Shown: positions 52,786 to 64,000 of the stretch, one piece after another
How positions within the stretch are numbered: the first letter of the stretch is position 1
Layout: every line of letters starts with the position of its first letter
Source: Eledone cirrhosa
Taxonomy: Eukaryota
Reading direction: 5' to 3'
Length of the DNA: 64,000 nucleotides
NCBI GenBank assembly: GCA_964016885.1
Contig: OZ024742.1
Span: 175,522,001 to 175,586,000 of the forward strand
Translations under genes and position numbers: made by a program
The notes under the pieces: model-generated
What the model was told of the DNA's origin: nothing
The model's input: only the letters and a program-made list of their open reading frames with translations
The model's database searches: none

Positions 52786-55646
52786 AGGGTTAATTTACAA
52801 ATACACACACTGACACCAACACACACATATTCAACAATAGCAGAATATTTAATAAAAACAATATATGATGGAGTATTTTAATTAAATAACAATACATTTT
52901 ATTAAATTCATATTATAAATTCTGCACAATCAATGTTTTTTTTCTTTGTATTTCGAGCTGAATATTTCACTTGAAAATTAATTAAACACTAGAAATTCCT
53001 TGACGCTTTGCACATAGCCATTACCACAATCTAATAAGCAGTTGACATTATTATAAATATTTAATAATGTTCCTTTCAATGCAAATATTACTGTCTGTGT
53101 GTTATTATAAAGTTTGACTGTAGAGAATACACAGAATACACACAAGAGAGAAAAGAAGAGAGTGAGAGGGAAAGAGGTAGAGAGAAAATATAACTTTTGA
53201 GTGCTGTCAGTTAAAATGCTAGCGGTTGAGATAGTAGTTATAGTGTTAGTTGTTACAGTGAATGTATCTACAAATCTTAAAACACATACCATACATTATC
53301 ATCATTTATATCCACTTTCTATGCTATCATGTGTTGAATGGTTTGTCAGTCTAAGACCAGATGGGGCAAAGTGACCAATCTTGTTTATTATAATCCACAT
53401 TTGGCATGGCTTCTATGGTTGGATACCCTTCTAACAAAAACCACATGACAGAACATGGTGTACTAGGTGCATTTTTTGTGACCCCAGTACTACCACTTTA
53501 CAAAGTAGACTGGGTGCATTTTATTGTGGCGCCAATACTTTACAGGGTAAACAAGGCACATTTTACTTATAGTCTGTATTTAAGGCACTGTGGTAGATAA
53601 GTCTCACATGTTAATATTTAAGATGTTTCGGTTTTAGCTTTTGACTTGTACATATGGATTGATCATATTTTCACTTCTGCTTACTTAACACTTTGATAAA
53701 ATACACTTTATTTGAATTAATTATAAAGAATAATTAATGGGTTCTTTCTTTATTTATTTTTATTTATTTATTATTATTTATTGATCCATTGTATTTTATA
53801 TATTAAATAATAATAGTTGGCTATTTCTGGTAAAATCACCTGGAAATGGAAAGAATTAGGGACAGATGCCTGCAAGAAAACATCACTGTATACACTTTCC
53901 ATTTATAGTGGTTGTTGATTGATTTATTTAACTATTATTGAATGTAATCTTTTATTCTATAAATTCTTTAATTCTTAAAATAATTTTGAAAATTAGGGTA
54001 TACCAGATTGTCGGAATCTAAAGATAGATATAAAAAGATAGATGGGCTAATAGATACAGAAGAACCTAGACCCACCTGCCCCTCCCTTTTCTTTTTACGA
54101 TACTAACATGTTTATTTCAAAGTGCCTATATATGTCAAGATCTTCCATCATAATTTTATGTCATTGTTAATTTATATTTGAAACAACTTAATAATGTGAA
54201 TACTAGTTATACTACTAAATCTCTTCAAATTTTTCAATATTTTTAAAAGGTTTCAAAAATAATAGGCAGTGTCTTTAATGAGAAATATGGTAATGAAAGG
54301 GTTAAATTATTTATATGTATCTAAAAACCTGCCATCATAATTTTATGAGAAGGGGAAATTCATTTAAATTACGCCAGTATATTACTGGTGATATATTTTA
54401 TCAATTCCCTAAAGATGGAAGGCAAACCTAACCTTGGAGGCATTGAACTCAGAACATAAATAGCAGTAATTATATGCTGCAGAGTATGTTGTCTGACACT
54501 ATAATACTGCCAATCCCTTAATAATGACAATTATAATACAAAATTCTACCAATATAATTTCTACCAATATAATTTCTACCAATATAATTCTACAAAATAA
54601 TTTGAAAATAGTAGGTATTCTTTAATCAGAAATATAGTAATAAAATGGATAAATGATATATACAATTTTATGTAAGAATTTTGTTAAGTTATGTTCAAAG
54701 CCACATCTTAATAAAGGAAGTTATATTACTAAATTCCTCCAATTCTTGATTATTTTCAACATTATTTGAAAATAATTGGCAGTGTCATTCCTTAGAAATA
54801 TGGGAATGAAAGGGCTAAACTGAATGGATGTCAGAATATCTTGTTCAACATAGAGAAGACCAATCAACTATTCAGAACTATTTATTATTAAAGCTCCCTG
54901 AACAGGAAATACTGATGAACATTTGGATAGATATGAATCAACAGGCAATGACTGACAATATCGGTCTAGTTAATAAAAAATTAACTCTTGGATACCAATC
55001 TACTCAAAATTGTCTCTTGTACTGTGAGACAAAATCATCAGTTTCAAAGGGTTCCTATTTTTTTTTAAATTAAACGATTTGATATAAGAACCTTATGTTA
55101 AGTTTAAAATAGCTTTGTGTCAAAGAACTTGGGGCAATTTCGGTCAGTTTTGGTATCAAAATTGTTAAGGTGTTGTTTAGAAAATAATTTAACAAATGTT
55201 CTTACATAAAAAATATAATATATGTTTAGATAAATATAAATACATACATGGCCATGTCAAAGATAGTAGGATCTTCCTAGTGCCATGATAACATATACCT
55301 AGTGCACTCTATTGAGAAAGAGAGAGAAGTCAGTAGCACCAATTAAGTACTGACTTGATCTGTGATGACCTGACCAACCCTTACAAGGAAAGGGAGCGCC
55401 TGATAAATAATGATGATGTATATATTATACATTCATACCTGTTCACAAATAGTATATGGTTTAACTGAAGCTGTGAGAAAATGAGAAAATGTATGTGTAT
55501 ACATACACATTTATGTATATAAACTCATAAATATATATCCTTTGTGGCTTGAAAACCTGAATAACACAATTTGAGTTTCACTCGTAGTTGTGAGCATTAC
55601 CATATACTATCCACATCTCTTGCAATCTATGAAGAAATATATAATT

Positions 55647-55791
<145 letters not shown>

Positions 55792-55934
55792 ATTACAATA
55801 CTGGAGCGTGTTGGAGTTAAACACCCTCTTTGCATTATAAAAATGACAGTAAAAGGTATAGCTCAATGTAATTAAACAGAGCCGAAGAATTAGGAAAATA
55901 AAACAAAGAAGCCTTCAATACATCAAAAGTCTTT

Positions 55935-55979
55935 ATTACCCAATAATGTTTCGTCCTATTAAGGACTCATCAGGGCAAT
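55935..55979 (-). ncRNA. Type I hammerhead motif with altered cleavage region
   Basis: ATTGCC-CTGATGA-GTCC-TTAATA-GGAC-GAAA-CATTATTG-GGTAAT. Confidence 0.75.
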
Positions 55980-58900
55980 CAAAACTACAAGAAGCACTAT
56001 CGGCCAATACAAGCCGAAAACTCCGAAGAATATGGAGTGTACATACACTAAAGTATTGGAAGATTATAGGTAAAAATATATAATAAAAATCACTAAGGAG
56101 GTGGATAACATTTTGAACCATATTACAAATATAGTCCAAAGCAAAAAACTAGAGCTAAACAAAGGTGGTTATATAGAGCGGGAATTATAGTACTATATGT
56201 AATACAATATAATATAATATAATATACTTGTGACAATATTAAAATTAAAATTAAAATTAAAAAGCACAATATACATATGTATATATATATACACACACGT
56301 ACGCACATATACATATACATCAATACACATTTCCATCATTAACAGCACAAATTAAACCTTATTAAGAGTTTAAATATAAATAAGCATAATAGGAATAAAA
56401 ATAAAAATAATACGTATATCTAATATACAGTATAACATGAAGTAATGAAATGATTAAAAGTAACACATATAATATATAATAAACTATATAATGATATAAT
56501 ATATAATATAATATAATAGATAATCTCCGGTTAATTTACACAAACAATATAGATGTCAGAATAACACTATAATAATAATATAATAATATATAATATATAA
56601 TGGCATGTACGTTAACAAATCAATTCATATAGAGTTACAGAGCCGGTGAGAAAAAAATATATATTGTACAATACCAAAATTATGATGGTACAAAAATAGA
56701 AACATCTTACAGGATATATAAAACTTAACATATCATAATGGTACATAAAATCATCGGTAAGTAACAAAGATCAATATTACATTTACAAAGAGTTGAATAA
56801 CAACTTCAATATAAAATAATGAACATAATATAATATATAATTACTTATAATTACAAGGTTGGTAAACAGACACATATGTGAATGAGTGAATAAGGGCCAG
56901 ACAGAAAATACTATGCACAGTAGTATTAATAAAAAAATAAAATCGACCGGAAATCAAAAAGCAAAAACAAATGTATTTACTTAGGTCTCACATGCAGTTA
57001 AGTAAAAACTTAGGAAACAACCCGGATAAATGACTAGAAAACCCTAGTTGATAAATTAATATTGAAAATACTTAAAATACTTAATAAGGCAATACAATAT
57101 TAGCTATGGTTTAAGTAATGAAAATCCCTAAACATTAAGATATCACTATAAATATATATAGAAAGGAATGAAATATTCTACTATCATTTACATAACGATA
57201 TCTAAAAAAACTGACTTTAAGCAGAATTATGGTAGGCTAATGTGGACCGAAAAAAATAAATGTACGAGAATACAAAGGAGCATAAAATCATAATCAATAT
57301 ACTGTATTATATAATAGAAAGGAGCATAAAAAAGGGGATTAAATATAATCATAATATATTTGAAGGGGTTAGCAATAAATGTATGTGTGCATGGGGGTTA
57401 TCCAAAGAAGAATCCAAATGGATACAAATTGTATCCATTAGCTGATATATTCCATTACTTATTTTTTTAGTTTAGGTTCATTTTGTTTACCACCATTATT
57501 ATCATTATTATCATTGGTTTTTGACAAATTTTTATTCTAGCTCTCATAATCTTTTGGCTACTATACCATATCTATCTTCTTACACATTAAATTTTCACTA
57601 TTAACACCTTATGAGTATATATCTGATTATATATTTTATATTATTTTATTTCATTTTATTTTATTTTATTTGGATTCTTTGGATACCCCCCCCCCCTCCC
57701 CCCATGCACACATACCCTTATTGCTAACCCCTTCAAATATATTATGATTATATTTAATCCCCTTTTTTATGCTCCTTTCTACTATATAATACAATATATT
57801 GATTATGATTTTATGCTCCTTTGTATCCCTCATACATTTCTTTTTTTCTGTCCACATTAGCCTACCATAATTCTGCTTAAAGTCAGTTTTTTAGATATCG
57901 TTATGTAAATGATAGTAGAGTATTTCATTCCTTTCTATATATATTTATAGTGATATCTTAATGTTTAGGGATTTTGATTACTTAAACCATAGCTAATATT
58001 GTATTGCCTTATTAAGTATTTTAAATATTTTCAATATTAATTTATCAAATAGGGTTTTCTAGTCATTTATCCGGGTTGTTTCCTAAGTTTTTACTTAACT
58101 GCATGTGAGACCTAAGTAAATACTTTTGTTTTTGTTTTTTGATTTCCGGTCGATTTTATTTTTTTATTAATACTACTGTGCATAGTATTTTCTGTCTGGC
58201 CCTTATTCACTCATTCACATATGTGTCTGTTTACCAACCTTGTAATTATAAGTAATTATATATTATATTATGTTCATTATTTTATATTGAAGTTGTTATT
58301 CAACTCTTTGTAAATGTACTATTGATCCTTACTACTTACTGATGATTTTATGTACCATTATGATATGTTAAATTGTATATATCCCGTAAGATGTTTATAT
58401 TGTTGTACCATCATAATTTTGGTATTGTACAATATATATTTTTTTCTCACCTGCTCTGTAACTCTATATGAATTGATTTGTTAACTTACATGCCATTATA
58501 TATTATATATTATTATATTATTATTATAGTGTTATTCTGACATCTATATTGTTTGTGTAAATTAACCGGAGATTATCTATTATATTATATTATATATTAT
58601 ATCATTATATAGTTTATTATATATTATATGTGTTACTTTTAATCATTTCATTACTTCATGTTATACTGTATATTAGATATACGTATTATTTTTATTTTTA
58701 TTCCTATTATGCTTATTTATATTTAAACTCTTAATAAGGTTTAATTTGTGCTGTTAATGATGGAAATGTGTATTGATGTATATGTATATGTGCGTACGTG
58801 TGTGTATATATATATACATATGTATATTGTGCTTTTTAATTTTAATTTTAATATTGTTACAAGTATATTATATTATATTATATTGTATTACATATAGTAC

Positions 58901-59110
58901 TATAATTCCCGCTCTATATAACCACCTTTGTTTAGCTCTAGTTTTTTGCTTTGGACTATATTTGTAATATGGTTCAAAATGTTATCCACCTCCTTAGTGA
59001 TTTTTATTATATATTTTTACCCATAATCTTCCAATACTTTAGTGTATGTACACTCCATATTCTTCGGAGTTTTCGGCTTGTATTGGCCGATAGTGCTTCT
59101 TGTAGTTTTG

Positions 59111-59155
59111 ATTGCCCTGATGAGTCCTTAATAGGACGAAACATTGTTGGCTAAT
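59111..59155 (+). ncRNA. Type I hammerhead ribozyme
   Basis: ATTGCC-CTGATGA-GTCC-TTAATA-GGAC-GAAA-C-ATT-GTT-GGCTAAT; canonical core and stem II, GUU triplet. Confidence 0.85.
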
Positions 59156-61367
59156 AAAGACTTTTGATGTATTGAAGGCTTCTTTGTTTTATTTTCATAA
59201 TGTATATATATATATATATATATGGATTGTAACATCAAGTTACAGAAGCCGGATGAGCTTTTGATTCCAGAGACAGGCCCAATTGACACAGATTGAACCT
59301 TCAGCTGATCAATTGTGAAATGCGCCTCACACCTTTATAAATGTAATGAATATTTGACATCTCATCCATATTATTATATATATATAACACATGCTAGTGC
59401 AGGAAAATGGACATTAAATGATGATGATGATGATATATATATATGTAAATGGAGTTTGCTTGGAGTATAATGGAAAATGGTTGTATTGGACACTGCTACA
59501 ATGCAAGTGATGTTGTAAATATTAAGAAAACATAATCAGGTAAGGAATGAGACAGGTGAGGTTGAGTGTAGAATTGAAAGAAAATCAAGAATGTTACCTT
59601 GGAAATATTTATTAATCCCAATATATAAGAGAATGTTGGAGAGGACCTTTCTATGCAACTGTGTGGTTTGTGTAATGGGGATAAATATATATGTCTAAGC
59701 TACTATCTATATGACAGGATTCCACACAGTTTCTGTCTATGCAATTTCACTCACAAACCAAATGTGGATTAACCCAAGACTAATGTAATCGACACTATGC
59801 TGGAGGATTGAAACCAAAATCTCATCATTGTGAAATGATTTTCTTGACCCTTCTGCATGCGTGTGTGTGTTTGTGTGCATACATGCATGTGTGAGTGTGT
59901 GTGTTTGTCAATATCTTGTATCAAATCAAAATGCAACACTCAGTCACTTTAGAATATTTCAGTGCCAAAATTTGAGGTCTGTGGATAATGAGATCCTGGC
60001 CTTCAAATTAATTTTGGTCAGCTTCCAATTTCAGTCTCAAACTAAATGTCAATAAATTATTGGCAGTTAGAATTCCACACTGTTGAACTGACCAAGCATT
60101 GGACAATTGGCTAAAGATCAGTCCACTGAAGTGTAAACAGGTACCACGGGTAGATGGAACATAGTAGATCAAGATAACAGATTCCAGGTCTAGGTGGACC
60201 ATACTAGAAAAATATAACATGTACTACAAATAGGTAGACCATACTAGAAAAATAAAATCGGATACAATGAAAAGGTGGATCATTCGAGAATATAAATTGG
60301 TATCTTGTGGTGGTAGATCATACTTGAACAACAAATAAGGACACTGAATAATTTATTATCTTTCAGTGCTGCCGTTAATTTTGATATAAACTTGATAGCA
60401 CAATTGTTCACATGATAACATCCTAATTACATTCATTTTATGTCTATTTTCCATTCTGGCATGGGTTGGATGGTTCATTACAGTCTGATACAAGAGATGG
60501 TCAGATAATGACGTCTTGCTCATGTATCGAATATTGGTATGGTTTCTACAGCTGGGTACCCTTTCTAATGATAAACATTTTACAGTGTTATTTCCACCAC
60601 CACCTCAGAATAGCATAAATAATGTTTTCTTTATTTTTTATTACTCTCTAAAATGTTTGGTTAGCATATAAAAAATGAAGCATGTTTTCTCTGATAGGAT
60701 ACCTTGTTTAAATGCTTGTAATATAATGGACTCTGCTAAAGATGCCCAATGGCCATCTAGCAGTGTTAAACTGCATTAAGGTTTTATGTAAACTACCCAA
60801 AATAGAAGTGGTCCCTGAAACAGGCTTCTACATAATATTTCCTTTTACCAAAATGCTAAAGAGGGTAATTAAAACTGAAATGACAGTTATGAAGCAAAAG
60901 TTTTAACCACACAATCATACCTAATATATTTAAAACAATGGTTCTTACAAAACTATGACACATCCACTCCTTGCAATACCAGGTCTTTTCAATTGTTATC
61001 TACTATAATTTTTTTAATTATCTCTTTACAGTGTTAATTATTAAAATAATGTATTAAGGCAAATTACTTCATTAACGTTTTTGTGAACTGTTAATTTGTG
61101 ATCAACCTAATAACTCAATATTTCATTTTATGCATTAGAAGTGGCACTAACAAAGCATTGTTACATCATAGATGTACAATACACGCACAATAGTGTTGCA
61201 ATGAATTATTTTAAGATGTGATCTTTTCACAGCTATGATCACAGGTTTTTAAATATTCATAGCTAGACACTTGTATGCTTCATCATCATCATCATCATCA
61301 TCACCGTTTTACGTCCGTTCTTCCATGCTAGCATGGGTTAGACGGTAGAGCATGGGTTAAATGATTA

Positions 61368-63169
61368 TCTATATATATACTGAGGATGTCTGTCTGTGAG
61401 TGTGTGTGTGAGTTTGAATCCCTAAAACTCGAGAAGCACCCAACCGATGTTTTCAAACTTTACACATGTAATACTTATGTTCCAGGGAGTGTTCTGAGCA
61501 ACAACAAATTCGGATTTTCAATGCCCTAGGGACAGCTTTATAATTCTTAGTATTTCTCTTTTTAGATAGATACATACATATAACGTCGCGCCCTTATAAT
61601 ATCAGTCTGTATGTCTGGCTGTCTGCATTACGTTACTTCCGACAATTCCCTCTGCGTCCAGAACGCACTCTTATAATATCTGTCTATATGTCTGGCTGTC
61701 TGCTGCCTGCGGTTATTCTGCCACCCTTGCTCAAGACAAATCTCACACTCATTCCCCAAACAGTTGGTAAGTGCACACAACTTCTTCCTCACATGTTAAG
61801 CCACAGTGTTGCTTACTTACGTACCACCAGACCATTACTTCTTTACCAGCCGTGGTTGTGGAAATACTAAGCTTAGCTAAGGCGGTTATATATTTCACAC
61901 AACACTAAAAAGGAAAGCCGGTAACTATGTATTAGTCAATCTCTTCTTCATACCGTGAGCAAAGAAAATCCAACTTTTATTGGAGCGAGTGAAATAAAGT
62001 CGATCCTGCTATTACCTGAAATATATTTTCCCTCGGCTTCAGCTGAATACCTTTAGAGATGGACCTTCTGCTTCGCACTCGGCGCGTCAATGTATGTCTG
62101 TTAAATGAACCGCGAACGCATTCTGATTCATTCTAAAGGCTACAAGTGGAAGCAACCGTAACACCCTCCTTCAAATGTCAGAGAACGCAGTCAAAGTCAC
62201 TATTAAGAGCTACAAGTGAACGCTCACATGGCCCTTTTTAAGGCCATCATTTGAAATTTTTAATGGTTACCCCTCCTTACTGGAGTGTCAGTGAACAGCT
62301 TACACGGCCCTTTTAAGGGCCCTTGAAATAGCTGATGGCGAACTTTCATTTAGGGCTGCCAGAAAACGCGCACACGCCTCAGGGCCCATTTTATTACACC
62401 ACAGTTTGGTAAACGTTTGTTCAGTTGCGTTTAATTACTAAGGTGTAGTGGACTCCTTCGAGAAGGCTCCACATGCTGTCCCATTGCACGTCATGCCTTG
62501 CTCAAGCATTGCAGACTTCCCTCTCACATAAGTGGTGACATCTGTCCTGCTGACTCATGCCACTTTATTAAAGTACAAAAGCACCAAGCCGATTTTCTCC
62601 ACGTAGAAGGAGAAGCATACCTAATACTAATTGCATCAGAGTATTCGGTTTATTTCTTTACATATTGTCCAGGCATGCAGTTTTTCAACTTTTTGGTCGC
62701 ATTAGGTGAAAAACTGCGTTTTTTCAGCATTTTAGGGTTTTTTTGAGGCGTTACGTTAGACCGATTTCCTTGAAACTGTAACTATGTATTAGTCAGTCTC
62801 TTCTACATACCGTGAGCAAAGAAAATCCAACTTTTTTATGGTCTAGGGCCCGCATTAGGTGAAAAACTTCATTTTTTTTAGCTTTTTAGGGTTTATTTTA
62901 GGCGTTACGTCTTGCCGATGTTTCCGAAATTTCAAGGCATATTATGCACATAAACAATTCATTTTCCTGATGTCCTAAGGCCCGCATTAGATGAAAACCT
63001 GCATTGTTCCTGATTCATCGAGGAAAATCTTAAAGATTATCCAGCCATCAGAGTATTCGGTTTATTTTCTTTACATATTGCCGAGGCATGCTTTTTTCCA
63101 CGATTAGGTATGTTGGTGGCCCGCGTTCCAAAATACCTTATCCCCTACAACGCCGGGTACCACTGCTAG
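61368..63169 (+). mobile_element. Non-autonomous Helitron-like element
   Basis: 5' A|TCTATATATA, 3' caacgccgggtaccactgCTAG|T, no TSD. Short (TCTG)/(TG) run near the 5' end; internal duplications (61921-61980 vs 62779-62835; 62635-62710 vs 63046-63110); CpG-rich. Confidence 0.75.
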
Positions 63170-63233
63170 TACACTATATAGGCATATTAGTATATTGTGT
63201 ATGTATACATAAATACATACATACATATATATA

Positions 63234-63299
<66 letters not shown>

Positions 63300-63307
<8 letters not shown>

Positions 63308-64000
63308 TAACAAGCAAAGAATCGCTGTTTCACACTTAACGGGATCTTCTGAAACTAACAAAGTCAATCTGTGAACGGAGAAGTGAATATTTCAAAAAAC
63401 GTTGCAACCGGAGGAACACAGGAAGACGATACTTTGGTTCGGAATAGGAGCAATTCCTTCCAGCAGCACCTGAAGAATAGAATTCGTTCTATTAAGGATT
63501 CTAATGCCGTGTACGTCCATTCCGACAAAACTGGCAATCTATATCAAGTGGAGCGCAGTACTTACCATCAACTGCTACATAATGCTGTAACTAAGGATTA
63601 CCGTAATAATTATCGGAGCGTCATTAATTAAATCAACGATGCTGGGTTTTAAATCACCTCTGATCTCAACATCCTGGACTGGACTGAAACTCTGGACCCT
63701 TTTTCTCCACACTTTACCCTGAAGGATCACAAATCCAATTTTCCGAACAACCCCTCTATTCAGCTTAATAACGCTACGAAGTCCGATTTAGGTAGACTTA
63801 GTAAAAGGATTCTTGATAGAATTAAACCTGAAATTAGAAGTTTGGTCCCTCTTGCACTGTGGAACAATTCTTTCGCGGTGATTGATTGGTTCAACGGCAT
63901 ATGTAACAAGGAACATTGCCGTTTTATCCAATTCGACATCACCAATTACTACTCCTCCATGACTTTACCACTTCTCCTTAGAGCTATCAATTTCGCTAAA
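63300..64000 (+). pseudogene. PLE reverse transcriptase N-terminal part, running off the window
   Basis: VYVHSDKTGNLY...AVTKDY, then past stops FTLKDHKSNFPNNPS..TKSDLGRLSKRILDRI..VIDWF..FIQFDITNYYSS (RT motif A); follows a (TA)n tract. Confidence 0.88.

Noticed and set aside
55936-59154. Duplicated small ORFs (MDYICN..., MMYMYM..., ...TKEHKII) suggesting paralogous genes
   Set aside because: By-products of the inverted repeat; the CPDESLIGRN peptide is just the translated HHR core.

Overview
AT-rich, microsatellite-laden animal genomic DNA, most likely cephalopod/octopus-type (inferred from the repeat landscape, not proven). I can support no host protein-coding exon; almost all ORF-track entries are microsatellite or tandem-repeat artefacts. 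The window is dominated by mobile DNA: decayed Penelope-like elements (PLEs; RT and GIY-YIG remnants at 24.2-24.5 kb, 47.4-49.5 kb and 63.4-64 kb), RTE-type LINE fragments, two tRNA-derived SINE families, a Tc1/mariner relic, a non-autonomous Helitron and four minisatellite arrays. The main signal is about 14 minimal type-I hammerhead ribozyme (HHR) motifs from several unrelated families. Most sit in elements inserted in (TA)n tracts as inverted (fold-back) pairs with both 3' ends pointing outwards and only one arm carrying an extra 3' tail. One tandem pair at 20-862 looks like a retrozyme that could release a 418-nt monomer or circle. A non-coding palindromic element shares its HHR variant and 3' terminus with the adjacent RT/GIY-YIG PLE.
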